Positions 17,113 through 25,089 of a stretch of 25,089 nucleotides of DNA are shown here, piece by piece. This DNA is from a virus. Its lineage: Duplodnaviria; Caudoviricetes. Numbering within the stretch: position 1 is the first letter of the stretch; every line of letters starts with the position of its first letter. A model generated the notes under the pieces. It saw nothing but the letters and a program-made list of their open reading frames with translations. It was not told the origin of the DNA and did no database searches. The translations under genes were made by a program, and so were the position numbers. The DNA lies in IMG/VR virus record IMGVR_UViG_3300010151_005110, positions 1-25,089 of that record. One strand, written 5' to 3'.

Positions 17113-17961
17113 ATGTCAAGTAAAGTAAATTACGGAAAATATAGAGTAAACACAGACGGTTTGGTATTTAGAGTAGACGGTTATAGCTCTAGAAGCTACG
17201 ACCACAATACGGAATTCTGGAGAGATTTAACTCCCAGCGGTTTTGATGTAAAATTACAAAATACCGGGCTATACGATAGTACAAGTGGCTATTATAAATT
17301 CAGAAACCCCGACAGCTCAGAAAATACCCACGGAGCTGTATCTGGGAGTAATTTTACAGGACTCAGGTCTTTAGGTATCTTAAAAGACGAGGAGTCAAGT
17401 TTTACGTTAGAAATGTTTTTTGAAATCAAAGACTCTGGTTTAAATTCGCCACCCGATAACGGAGCTGTTTTATTTGGTAACACAAACTCAGCAGTGAATC
17501 CTGTTAACCTAAGTGGCTACAACTATGGTTTTGTGTGCATCACGGGCCAAGGGGGAGAAATAAGCGGAATAAACGCTACGATTTCAACTAATAAAGTTGA
17601 TCTAGGGGTCAACCATCCTTGGACTGGAATGGATGTTGTTTTATCTGACAGGACCTACCCTTCTATTTCTGGAACAGAGTTTAGACATATTGCTATGACA
17701 TATGACGGGTCGACAAGTAAGATGATAGGTTATTTAGATGGAAAAGTAAAAGGAACAGGTTCCTTTCCAGTCGCAAATACTTCAGGATTTCATACTGGAA
17801 CAGAAGTTGGGTCTTACCAACAGTTTTACATAGGAGGAAACGCAACCTATGGCTTAAATGTAAACGTAGGGATGGCTTCGGCTTATAATAGGGCATTGTC
17901 CAGCGGGGAAGTTTTTGGGAATTGCATGGCTGTTAAGCATAGGTACGGAGATGGCTACTAA
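17113..17961 (+). CDS. LamG/concanavalin A-like lectin domain virion protein
   Basis: DGLVFRVDG...SY...WRDLT, SFTLEMFF, RHIAMTYDG...YLDGK, YNRALSSGEV are typical phage LamG motifs. ATG 17113 follows GGAGGAGGA, so it is preferred over TTG 17095. Confidence 0.8.
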   Translation: MSSKVNYGKYRVNTDGLVFRVDGYSSRSYDHNTEFWRDLTPSGFDVKLQNTGLYDSTSGYYKFRNPDSSENTHGAVSGSNFTGLRSLGILKDEESSFTLEMFFEIKDSGLNSPPDNGAVLFGNTNSAVNPVNLSGYNYGFVCITGQGGEISGINATISTNKVDLGVNHPWTGMDVVLSDRTYPSISGTEFRHIAMTYDGSTSKMIGYLDGKVKGTGSFPVANTSGFHTGTEVGSYQQFYIGGNATYGLNVNVGMASAYNRALSSGEVFGNCMAVKHRYGDGY

Positions 17962-17999
17962 TTTTTGAAAATTAGGGCTATATTCTTTAAAACCTTTAA

Positions 18000-19037
18000 A
18001 TGAATAAGGCCTCTTTCTACAAGGAAGCGTCGCCCCTGTTTAGTGCAAAAAAAATCAGAGGCCAGCTAAAATCTAAAGACGTAGTTCTAAAAATAAACGC
18101 TTTTTCGTTTGGGGACATATTATGCGCAACGCCGACACTTCGAAAATTAGCTGAAGCTTACGCTAAAGAGATAATAGTTTGTTCTAATAAACGTGACATT
18201 TTTAAACATAATCCTTATGTAAAATTCCACATAGAAAAGAACGACTTCAAAGAAGAGTATTACGACCAATACGAGGTATTCGATAGTTATAATTGCGTAG
18301 GATCCCCTGACAAAAACGGCATAGAGTGCAACTATGCTAGATTTGATCTAAGAAGAGTGCATTCCTCAGATATAGGTTTAGATTTATGCCCAGAGGAGAT
18401 GCACTGCGACTATTATCCGGGGCCAGTAAAGTTCGACGACACTAGCTCTAAATTCATAAAAGAAGAAAAGTATGTTGCTATTCATGTAACAAAAACTTGG
18501 CCCAGTAGGACTTGGCCCCAAGAGAAATACGAAAAACTAATCAAATCTTTAAATGAAGCTGGATATCCTGTTGCTTTGGTAGGTGTCGACCTTCCACCTG
18601 AGCCCGGACTTTGGGAGTCTGATAGGTCTTGTTATGATTTTACTAAATTAAATTTCAAAGGACTAAGCTTTATGAATAGAACTTCATTAGACGAAGTTCA
18701 TTATGTGATTAAAAATTCAGAAGTCTTTATAACATTAGATACAGGACTACTTCACCTTGCTGGATGCACGGACACACATATAATAAATATTGGTTCTTCA
18801 ATACGCCCAAAATTTAGGATTCCGTATAGACATGGTTCACAGGAATACAAAGTTGACTTTGTGGGAGGGGACTGTGAATTGTTTTGCGCTTCTGATCCAA
18901 AATACTCTGTTATGGTACACGGAACAGTTAATAGCATACCACCCATGCCTTTCTGCCTTGAAGAAAAACCTACATTCGAGTGCCAACCTAGCTCAGAAAA
19001 GGTCATAGATACTGCATTAAGAATTTTAAGGAAATAA
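18000..19037 (+). CDS. GT9-like (heptosyltransferase-like) glycosyltransferase, copy 1
   Basis: SFGDILCATPTLRKL, WPSRTWP, FITLDTGLLHLAG (GT9 D-S/T-G-x-x-H motif), Cys-rich C-terminus C-x3-C...C...C. Confidence 0.85.
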   Translation: MNKASFYKEASPLFSAKKIRGQLKSKDVVLKINAFSFGDILCATPTLRKLAEAYAKEIIVCSNKRDIFKHNPYVKFHIEKNDFKEEYYDQYEVFDSYNCVGSPDKNGIECNYARFDLRRVHSSDIGLDLCPEEMHCDYYPGPVKFDDTSSKFIKEEKYVAIHVTKTWPSRTWPQEKYEKLIKSLNEAGYPVALVGVDLPPEPGLWESDRSCYDFTKLNFKGLSFMNRTSLDEVHYVIKNSEVFITLDTGLLHLAGCTDTHIINIGSSIRPKFRIPYRHGSQEYKVDFVGGDCELFCASDPKYSVMVHGTVNSIPPMPFCLEEKPTFECQPSSEKVIDTALRILRK

Positions 19038-19038
19038 T

Positions 19039-20079
19039 ATGAACGAAGTTTCTTTTTATGGGGGTTCGCACTTAACCCTAGACAAGAGTAAAAGTGGAGG
19101 CCAGTTACAAGCCAAAGACGTAGTCTTAAAGATAAACTCCGGTTCTTTTGGAGATACCCTTAGCGCAACCCCTACGCTCAGGAAGCTGGCGCAGTCTTAT
19201 GCTAAGGAGATTATCGTGTGTTCTTCTAAGCCTTTTATTTTTGAAAATAATCCGTATGTCAAGTTTCATATCAATGCTGATGATTTCAAAGATACATATT
19301 ACGAAGAATATGAGGTTTTCAATACTTTCAACTCAATAGGCCAAAACGATAAAACAGGAATAGAGAAAAAATATGGAGCTTTCGACATACGAAAAATACA
19401 TTGCACCGAAATAGGGTTCGACTTAAGACCAGATGAATTACACTGTGATTATTTTCCGGGTAAGATAGAGTTCGAGAAGGAAGATAGAGAATTTTTAAAC
19501 ACAAAAGACTACGTTGTCATACACATAGGACAAAATTGGCCTAGTCGAACTTGGCCAAAAGACAGTTATGAAAATCTTATAAAAAGGCTTAATGATTTAG
19601 GGTATGACGTAGCTTTAGTAGGGTTTGATGTGGGGATAGAACCGGGACAATATAGCCATAACAAATCTTGTTACGACTTTGAGAATTTTAATTTTAATGG
19701 GGTTAGTTTTATGAATAGGACAACCTTGGATCAAGATTTTTATATAACAAAAAATGCTCAACTATGCATAACTATGGACACTGGGCAGCTTCACTTAGCA
19801 GGTTGTACAGATACTGAAATTTTGTATATAGGAGCCTCAGTAAACCCATTATGGAGAGCCCCCTTCAGGAATGGGTCTCAGGACTACAAGATGACATTTG
19901 TAGGGGGGACCTGTACTGCTTTTTGCGCGTCAGACCCGAAGCACTCAGTCATAGAGCATAGGACGATAAACAGCGTACCCCCTTTGCCGTTCTGCTTAGA
20001 GAATAGACCTTCTTATGAATGTCAGCCAGAATGGGGCCAAGTTTACAAAGCAGCTCAAGAAATTTTAGCAAAAGAATAA
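19039..20079 (+). CDS. GT9-like (heptosyltransferase-like) glycosyltransferase, copy 2
   Basis: SFGDTLSATPTLRKL, WPSRTWP, ITMDTGQLHLAG. Colinear full-length paralog of the preceding gene. Confidence 0.85.
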   Translation: MNEVSFYGGSHLTLDKSKSGGQLQAKDVVLKINSGSFGDTLSATPTLRKLAQSYAKEIIVCSSKPFIFENNPYVKFHINADDFKDTYYEEYEVFNTFNSIGQNDKTGIEKKYGAFDIRKIHCTEIGFDLRPDELHCDYFPGKIEFEKEDREFLNTKDYVVIHIGQNWPSRTWPKDSYENLIKRLNDLGYDVALVGFDVGIEPGQYSHNKSCYDFENFNFNGVSFMNRTTLDQDFYITKNAQLCITMDTGQLHLAGCTDTEILYIGASVNPLWRAPFRNGSQDYKMTFVGGTCTAFCASDPKHSVIEHRTINSVPPLPFCLENRPSYECQPEWGQVYKAAQEILAKE

Positions 20080-23000
20080 TGAAAAGAAAAATATTATATG
20101 TACCCATGCATTTATCTACTGGCGGATCTCCCCAGTGGTTATACGAGATGCTTAAAGTGAGCATGCTCGATAATGAAGTATTTGTTGCTGAGTTCAACAA
20201 TTACGGCAGCTACGATATTCAAAAAGATAAAATAATCGACTTAATAGGTAAGAAGAATCATGAATGTATTGGCCCTTGCTTTTCAGATAATTGGAGAGAA
20301 GAGAAAGATAGGTTATGGGGAGTTATAGAAGAGTTTGAGCCTGACGTAATACATTTTAACGAAATACCTGAAAATTTTGAATATAATGGGTTCCCCAAAG
20401 AACTGTTAGAAAAAATATACAGCAAGGATAGGAAATATAAAATATTTGAAACTTGCCACGACAATAGTTTTGATTTCAGCCGTAAAATTCATATTCCTGA
20501 TGCGTACGTTTGTGTGTCGGACTATCACCCAAGAAAAATAAAAGAGACTTTCCCTGATGCTGAATGTCATGTCTGGGATTACGAAATACCCAAGAAAGAA
20601 AGACCGAACAGAGAACAGGCTCTTAGGGAACTAGATTTAGATCCGGGAAAATTTCATGTTTTAAACGTTGGGCTTTTTCACGGCAATAAGAACCAAAAGT
20701 TTATTTATGATATAGCCGAGCAAATGACTGAAGAAGAAGTTCAGTTTCATTTTATAGGTAATGACTGCTACTTATGTAATTGTGGGATAGAAGATACAGA
20801 TCTTGTTAATTGTAAAGTGTGGGGAGAGAGGAACGATGTTGATAGGTTTTACTCATGTATGGACTTGTTTCTGTTTCCTTCTCTTAGGGAGCTTAACCCT
20901 TTAAGCGTTAAAGAGGCTTTGTCTTGGGACATGCCTGTGTTTATGAATAGGATAGAAAGTTGCGATTTGTATAAAAAATATGAAAATAACCCCGGCGTAA
21001 CTTTCATTGATGATGTAGATACCAAAAAGTACATAGAAAGTAAACTAAAAGAACCTGTTAAAAAAGACAACTTTAGAATAGCCCTGTACACAAGCTTTTA
21101 TAATAACGTCAAGTATGTACCGGGGCTGTACAAACAAATACAAGACCAGACTTATCAAGATTGGAAATGGTTTGTTACTGACGATTTTAGTCAAGATGAT
21201 GCAGTCAGGAAAGCTCTTTTGGATTTAGCTTCCCGTGATAGCAGAGTAATCTTTTGTGAGCAGAAAAGCAAAAAGGAGATGTTTTGGAATGCTCAGCATT
21301 TTGTCACAAAGGACTGCGACTACCTAGCCCTAGTCGATGCGGATGACGGAATTTATCCAAAGTCGTTAGAATTTTTAAATCATATGCTTAAGAAAAATCC
21401 GGAAGCATTTACCTTTTCAACATGGTTCCATCAGTACCAAGATAATGTTAAAGATGTTAGCAATATAACTAATATAGATTTTAGCTTTCCTCAGGGGGAT
21501 TGGTATAGTTATATGAATAAGCATGAAGAAGATTTGAAAGCTGGAAAATTTGACTGGGATTATTTAAGGACTTTTAGGTTTTTTGGGGCATTAAGGGGTC
21601 ATAAAAATATAAAAGGAATTGAAATAGAAATTGACAATCCCGAGAAGACGGTGTCCGAGGATTCAATTAGAATGTCCTTGTTGCAGAAATACGGGCACTA
21701 TGTTTTATTTCCTCGCCCAATGTACAAAGTCTTGAATCATGGCGGGTCACACGCAACTCCGGGTAATATGGATGAAGAGCAACATAGAGTCTCTAAAAAT
21801 AATCTATTTAAAGCCATAGAGTCCGGGGAGCAATATCAACATAATAAGATATTACATACTTATTATGATTTTTTTAATGAGCTCTGCGCATTAGCTAGGT
21901 CGAATATACATTTTGAAAAAGACAGAAAAAGGCTTTGTCTAATAACAAATAGACCTTTCCCAGACTCTGAAAAAGAAAAGATTCAAGATCTGTATTTTGA
22001 CCATGACTTTTGCGAAAACGAATTCTCAGATGAGGTGGACTATTTTTTCTTTGACATGAAGAGTTTTAAAGAAAAAGAACTAGTTGAGGTTTTCAATAAG
22101 CTTAAAGAGTTAAATAATAAGTTCGAAATAAATGTTTATTGCTTAATGGACTCAGAGAACCAAACTGACTCTAAAAAAGAAGTAGAATTAATAAGGAGGG
22201 CTTCCGGGGGGATGCCTTTTTCATACAATATCTTTTGTAAGAATTTAGTTTTTAATTTTAGTCTAGATCAAAGGAGAGATAAAAAGAAAGTTCTTATAGA
22301 ATTTTGCAGCTCAGCGCTGGGTGATTGCTTGTCTTGGATTCCTTACGTGGAGGAATATAGAAAACAAAACGATTGTGACGTTTATTTATTTACCCACAAA
22401 AATGAGCTTTACAGAAACAGTTATCCAAACGTTCATTTTTTAGACAACCTTCAGGAAGCGGAGCATATAGACTTCGATAAGAAGCTTAAGGTTGGCTGGT
22501 TTAAGGGTAGCGAGTCGGAAGAAGATACCCCACTTTGGGTAAAACAAAACGAACAACAAAGAGCAGGCTCTTACTACCTTGGCCTAAAACATAAGGAACT
22601 AAAACCTAAAGTAGACGTATTAAATAAAGAAAGAGCAATAGAAGGTAAGTACGTTTGCATAGGGGTTCAGTCAACCTCCCAATGTAAATACTGGAATAAC
22701 CCTACTGGCTGGGATCAGGTAATTGAATATTTAAACTCAAAAGGGTATAAAGTTGTTTGCATAGATCAGCATCCTTCTTTCGGTAACGGCGACCATAGGA
22801 ACCACGTGCCTAAAGGAGCAATAGATAAAACAGGAGACTACTCTTTACATGAAAGAATAACTGATTTATATAATTGTGAGTTTTTTATAGGTTTGGGCTC
22901 AGGGTTGTCTTGGCTAGCTTGGGGCTTAGGGAAAGACGTAGTTTTAATCAGCGGTTTCAGCAACGAGAACACAGAATTTTATACTCCCTACAGGGTAATC

Positions 23001-23903
23001 AATAAAGATGTCTGTAACTCATGCTGGAATAGATCCGAGCTCGATGGATCTAATTGGCTTTGGTGCCCAGATCACGAAGGAACAGAAAGGCATTTCGAAT
23101 GCTCGAAGCATATAACTTTTGAAATGGTCAAAAGGCAAATTAACAAAATAGAAAATAGAGCCTTAGTTGAGAAGCTATACAGGAAGGAGGACAACATGGA
23201 TTGGCGACATGTTTTAAGGGAAGTTTGGGATGAAGATATATATCAAAAATTCTTCAAAGTTGAAGATGGTGACTATGTTGTTGATCTTGGTTGCTCGAGA
23301 GGTGTTTTTTATTTTAAAAATAGGCATAAAAATATAAAATATTTAGGGGTAGAGGCGTTTAGCGATAATATAGATTTGTTTTACTCAACTTTACCAGAAG
23401 AAAGAGATGTTACGAAACTCCATAACTATTTCCTCCAAGAAGGAAAGGAAAGCTCGCTGCCGGGTGTGTTTTCTGTTGAGAATGAGAAAAAGGTTATCAT
23501 TAAAGAAATGTGCTTCTCTAGTCTAAAGGATGTACATATTAAAACAGCTAATTTCGAAGATATACTGCGCCTTGTCAAAGAAGAGGACAAAGACAGGAAA
23601 ATAGATTTTTTAAAATTTGACGCAGAGGATTACGAGATAGATCTTTTTGATAAACATTATGAAACTATTTTATCAAATGTAAGAAAATTCTCCGGAGAAG
23701 TTCATTGCTTAAAATCCAGCAAAGCCCAACTCAAAAATTCCAAAGCTATAAAACTTATTGTTAAACTGAAATCAGACGATAGAGTAAATTTAAAAATTAC
23801 AGATGTATTGGGGTTCGATATAACAGATGAGTTCTGGGCGGGAGCTAAAGACGATCACCATGATTACTATAAAGAAGTGTTAATACACGGAGAGATTTTA
23901 TGA
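20079..23903 (+). CDS. Four-domain fusion: GT4-like, GT2-like, autotransporter O-heptosyltransferase (Aah/TibC-like), FkbM-like methyltransferase
   Basis: HLSTGGSPQ...FPSLRELNPLSVKEA (GT4); QTYQDWKWFVTDDFS...VDADD (GT2 DxD); SSALGDCLSW, QSTSQCKYWNNPTGW, FFIGLGSGLSWLAW, LISGFS, VCNSCWN...WCPDH...FECSK (Aah/TibC); VVDLGCSRG...IDFLKFDAEDYE (FkbM). ATG 20079 overlaps the upstream stop (TAATG). Confidence 0.85.
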   Translation: MKRKILYVPMHLSTGGSPQWLYEMLKVSMLDNEVFVAEFNNYGSYDIQKDKIIDLIGKKNHECIGPCFSDNWREEKDRLWGVIEEFEPDVIHFNEIPENFEYNGFPKELLEKIYSKDRKYKIFETCHDNSFDFSRKIHIPDAYVCVSDYHPRKIKETFPDAECHVWDYEIPKKERPNREQALRELDLDPGKFHVLNVGLFHGNKNQKFIYDIAEQMTEEEVQFHFIGNDCYLCNCGIEDTDLVNCKVWGERNDVDRFYSCMDLFLFPSLRELNPLSVKEALSWDMPVFMNRIESCDLYKKYENNPGVTFIDDVDTKKYIESKLKEPVKKDNFRIALYTSFYNNVKYVPGLYKQIQDQTYQDWKWFVTDDFSQDDAVRKALLDLASRDSRVIFCEQKSKKEMFWNAQHFVTKDCDYLALVDADDGIYPKSLEFLNHMLKKNPEAFTFSTWFHQYQDNVKDVSNITNIDFSFPQGDWYSYMNKHEEDLKAGKFDWDYLRTFRFFGALRGHKNIKGIEIEIDNPEKTVSEDSIRMSLLQKYGHYVLFPRPMYKVLNHGGSHATPGNMDEEQHRVSKNNLFKAIESGEQYQHNKILHTYYDFFNELCALARSNIHFEKDRKRLCLITNRPFPDSEKEKIQDLYFDHDFCENEFSDEVDYFFFDMKSFKEKELVEVFNKLKELNNKFEINVYCLMDSENQTDSKKEVELIRRASGGMPFSYNIFCKNLVFNFSLDQRRDKKKVLIEFCSSALGDCLSWIPYVEEYRKQNDCDVYLFTHKNELYRNSYPNVHFLDNLQEAEHIDFDKKLKVGWFKGSESEEDTPLWVKQNEQQRAGSYYLGLKHKELKPKVDVLNKERAIEGKYVCIGVQSTSQCKYWNNPTGWDQVIEYLNSKGYKVVCIDQHPSFGNGDHRNHVPKGAIDKTGDYSLHERITDLYNCEFFIGLGSGLSWLAWGLGKDVVLISGFSNENTEFYTPYRVINKDVCNSCWNRSELDGSNWLWCPDHEGTERHFECSKHITFEMVKRQINKIENRALVEKLYRKEDNMDWRHVLREVWDEDIYQKFFKVEDGDYVVDLGCSRGVFYFKNRHKNIKYLGVEAFSDNIDLFYSTLPEERDVTKLHNYFLQEGKESSLPGVFSVENEKKVIIKEMCFSSLKDVHIKTANFEDILRLVKEEDKDRKIDFLKFDAEDYEIDLFDKHYETILSNVRKFSGEVHCLKSSKAQLKNSKAIKLIVKLKSDDRVNLKITDVLGFDITDEFWAGAKDDHHDYYKEVLIHGEIL

Positions 23904-24289
23904 AAGTAGAAATATCAGATGGAGAAATATTAGATAAGTTGTCTATATTAGAAATTAAGCTTAACAATATTACAGACGAATCGAAATTAGTCAATATTCA
24001 AAAAGAGCACGACACGATTAAGCGAACCGTTGGAGAGCCAGCTTGGTACAGGCATGTATTTAGAGAATACGGTTTTTACGAGCAGTTGAAAGAAATAAAT
24101 GAAGAGTTATGGGAGATAGAGGACGCAATAAGACTAAAAGAGAAGAGTCAAGAGTTTGATGCTGTCTTTATACAGTTAGCCCGCCAAGTCTATCAAACAA
24201 ACGATAAAAGAGCCGAAATTAAAAAAGAAATCAACATACACACAGGCTCAGAGTTATTAGAAGAAAAATCTTATGAAGATTATAGCTAA
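23900..24289 (+). CDS. DUF6165-like protein
   Basis: EISDGEILDKLSILEIK...LWEIEDAIR...FIQLARQVYQTNDKRAEIKKEIN...EEKSY matches my recollection of the DUF6165 pattern. ATGA overlap with the upstream gene. Confidence 0.75.
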   Translation: MKVEISDGEILDKLSILEIKLNNITDESKLVNIQKEHDTIKRTVGEPAWYRHVFREYGFYEQLKEINEELWEIEDAIRLKEKSQEFDAVFIQLARQVYQTNDKRAEIKKEINIHTGSELLEEKSYEDYS

Positions 24290-24293
24290 TAAT

Positions 24294-24301
24294 GTGTAAT
24301 T
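24294..24301 (+). promoter_or_regulatory. Candidate late promoter motif GTGTAATT
   Basis: In the 22-nt gap, starting 18 nt before ATG 24312. No SD visible. Confidence 0.55.
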
Positions 24302-24311
24302 TAAGTAGTAT

Positions 24312-25089
24312 ATGGCGGTCAAAAGGTACGTTGGAGATAAGCTTGTAGGCTTAGATAGCGAAAAAGAGGGTGTTTTACACACTGTATCTGACGGCGCAAA
24401 TTTTTATGCAACTGACGATCCCTACAATGTATACATAAAAGAGAACGAAGCTTGGCAGCAGATTAGTGGCGGTGGAGGTGGTGGGGGCACTTCAGGCAGT
24501 TCGGGTACTACAGGTACTTCAGGTACTTCAGGTAGCTCAGGTACTTCAGGTAGCGCAGGTATTTCGGGTACTTCAGGTAGCTCTGGTGCTTCTCAGGACA
24601 GTAGTACTTCAGGTACCTCGGGTAGTTCAGGTACAGACGGTACCTCGTCTACTTCGGGCTCTTCTGGTAGTTCAGGTATAGACGGTACTTCAGGTAGCTC
24701 AGGTACTTCAGGTAGCTCAGGTACTTCAGGTAGTTCAGGTACTTCAGGTAGCTCAGGTACTTCAGGTAGCTCAGGTACTTCAGGTAGCGCAGGTATTTCG
24801 GGTACTTCAGGTAGCTCAGGTACTTCAGGTAGCTCAGGTACTTCAGGTAGTTCTGGTACTTCTCAGGACAGTACTACCTCAGGTACCTCGGGTAGTTCAG
24901 GTACAGACGGTACCTCGTCTACTTCGGGCTCTTCTGGTAGTTCAGGTACAGACGGTACTTCAGGTAGCTCAGGTAGTTCAGGTACTTCAGGTAGTTCAGG
25001 TAGCGCAGGTATTTCGGGTACTTCAGGTAGCTCTGGTGCTTCTCAGGACAGTAGCACTTCAGGTACCTCGGGTAGTTCAGGTACCGCTC
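24312..25089 (+). CDS. Gly-X-Ser repeat (collagen-like/PPII) virion fibre protein, 3'-truncated
   Basis: My translation: MAVKRYVGDKLVGLDSEKEGVLHTVSDGANFYATDDPYNVYIKENEAWQQISGGGGGGGTSGSSGTTGTSGTSGSS... with no stop before the window end, which explains its absence from the ORF track. Confidence 0.85.
   Translation, partial: MAVKRYVGDKLVGLDSEKEGVLHTVSDGANFYATDDPYNVYIKENEAWQQISGGGGGGGTSGSSGTTGTSGTSGSSGTSGSAGISGTSGSSGASQDSSTSGTSGSSGTDGTSSTSGSSGSSGIDGTSGSSGTSGSSGTSGSSGTSGSSGTSGSSGTSGSAGISGTSGSSGTSGSSGTSGSSGTSQDSTTSGTSGSSGTDGTSSTSGSSGSSGTDGTSGSSGSSGTSGSSGSAGISGTSGSSGASQDSSTSGTSGSSGTA
24486..25089 (+). repeat. Coding tandem repeat of 9-nt units (GGTACTTCA / GGTAGCTCA / GGTAGTTCA) with higher-order blocks
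   Basis: Units encode GTS/GSS. TCTCAGGACA recurs at 24591, 24861 and 25041. Blocks 24541-24634 and 24991-25084 differ at two positions by my alignment. Confidence 0.95.

Noticed and set aside
17958-17986. Inverted repeat CTAATTTT-TG-AAAATTAG and a TTGAAA...TATTCT sigma70-like pair before the GT cluster
   Set aside because: The stem is AT-rich with a 2-nt loop and no proper U tract, and the hexamer spacing is only 10 nt. Too weak to call.
20019-20078. Tracked N-terminal extension of the 1294-aa ORF
   Set aside because: It overlaps the upstream gene by 61 nt. ATG 20079 gives a TAATG coupling and begins at the GT4-like first strand (MKRKILYV).
449-21091. Short minus-strand and alternate-frame ORFs in the track (e.g. 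449..868, 1612..1935, 6312..6683, 12854..13144, 20849..21091)
   Set aside because: All overlap longer, motif-bearing + strand genes and show no recognisable features or expression signals.
24466-24681. Tracked 71-aa ORF with VLQV/VAQV repeats
   Set aside because: It is an alternative-frame shadow of the GTS/GSS repeat. The frame from ATG 24312 is open to the window end and has a promoter-like motif.
24486-25089. Possible CRISPR array or non-coding satellite
   Set aside because: Units are 9 nt, contiguous, lack unique spacers and vary in a codon-respecting way.

Overview
A gene-dense, entirely + strand segment of a tailed dsDNA bacteriophage (Caudoviricetes-like) covering late control, DNA packaging, head morphogenesis and a virion-decoration/glycosylation module. 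In order: the 3' part of a sigma-70/ECF-like factor with a Cys-rich insert, an unknown helical protein, a Zn-finger/ERCC4 (XPF-type) nuclease, terminase large subunit, an SG-rich fibre-like protein, portal, a tubulin/FtsZ-superfamily GTPase, three small unknown genes, prohead protease with a probable nested scaffold, a putative cement protein, major capsid protein, a second SG-rich paralog, two LamG-type proteins, two tandem GT9-like transferases, a GT4-GT2-O-heptosyltransferase(Aah/TibC-like)-FkbM fusion, a DUF6165-like protein, and a Gly-X-Ser repeat protein that runs off the window and is missing from the ORF track. Two intrinsic terminators and a recurrent (G/A)TGTAA(T) motif before seven starts are visible. 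The best candidates for undescribed biology are (1) a phage-encoded protein O-glycosylation (heptosylation) system next to Ser-Gly-rich virion proteins that could be its substrates, (2) a tubulin homologue inside the head module, and (3) a candidate phage sigma factor / late promoter pair. All family calls come from recognising motifs by eye; no searches were run.
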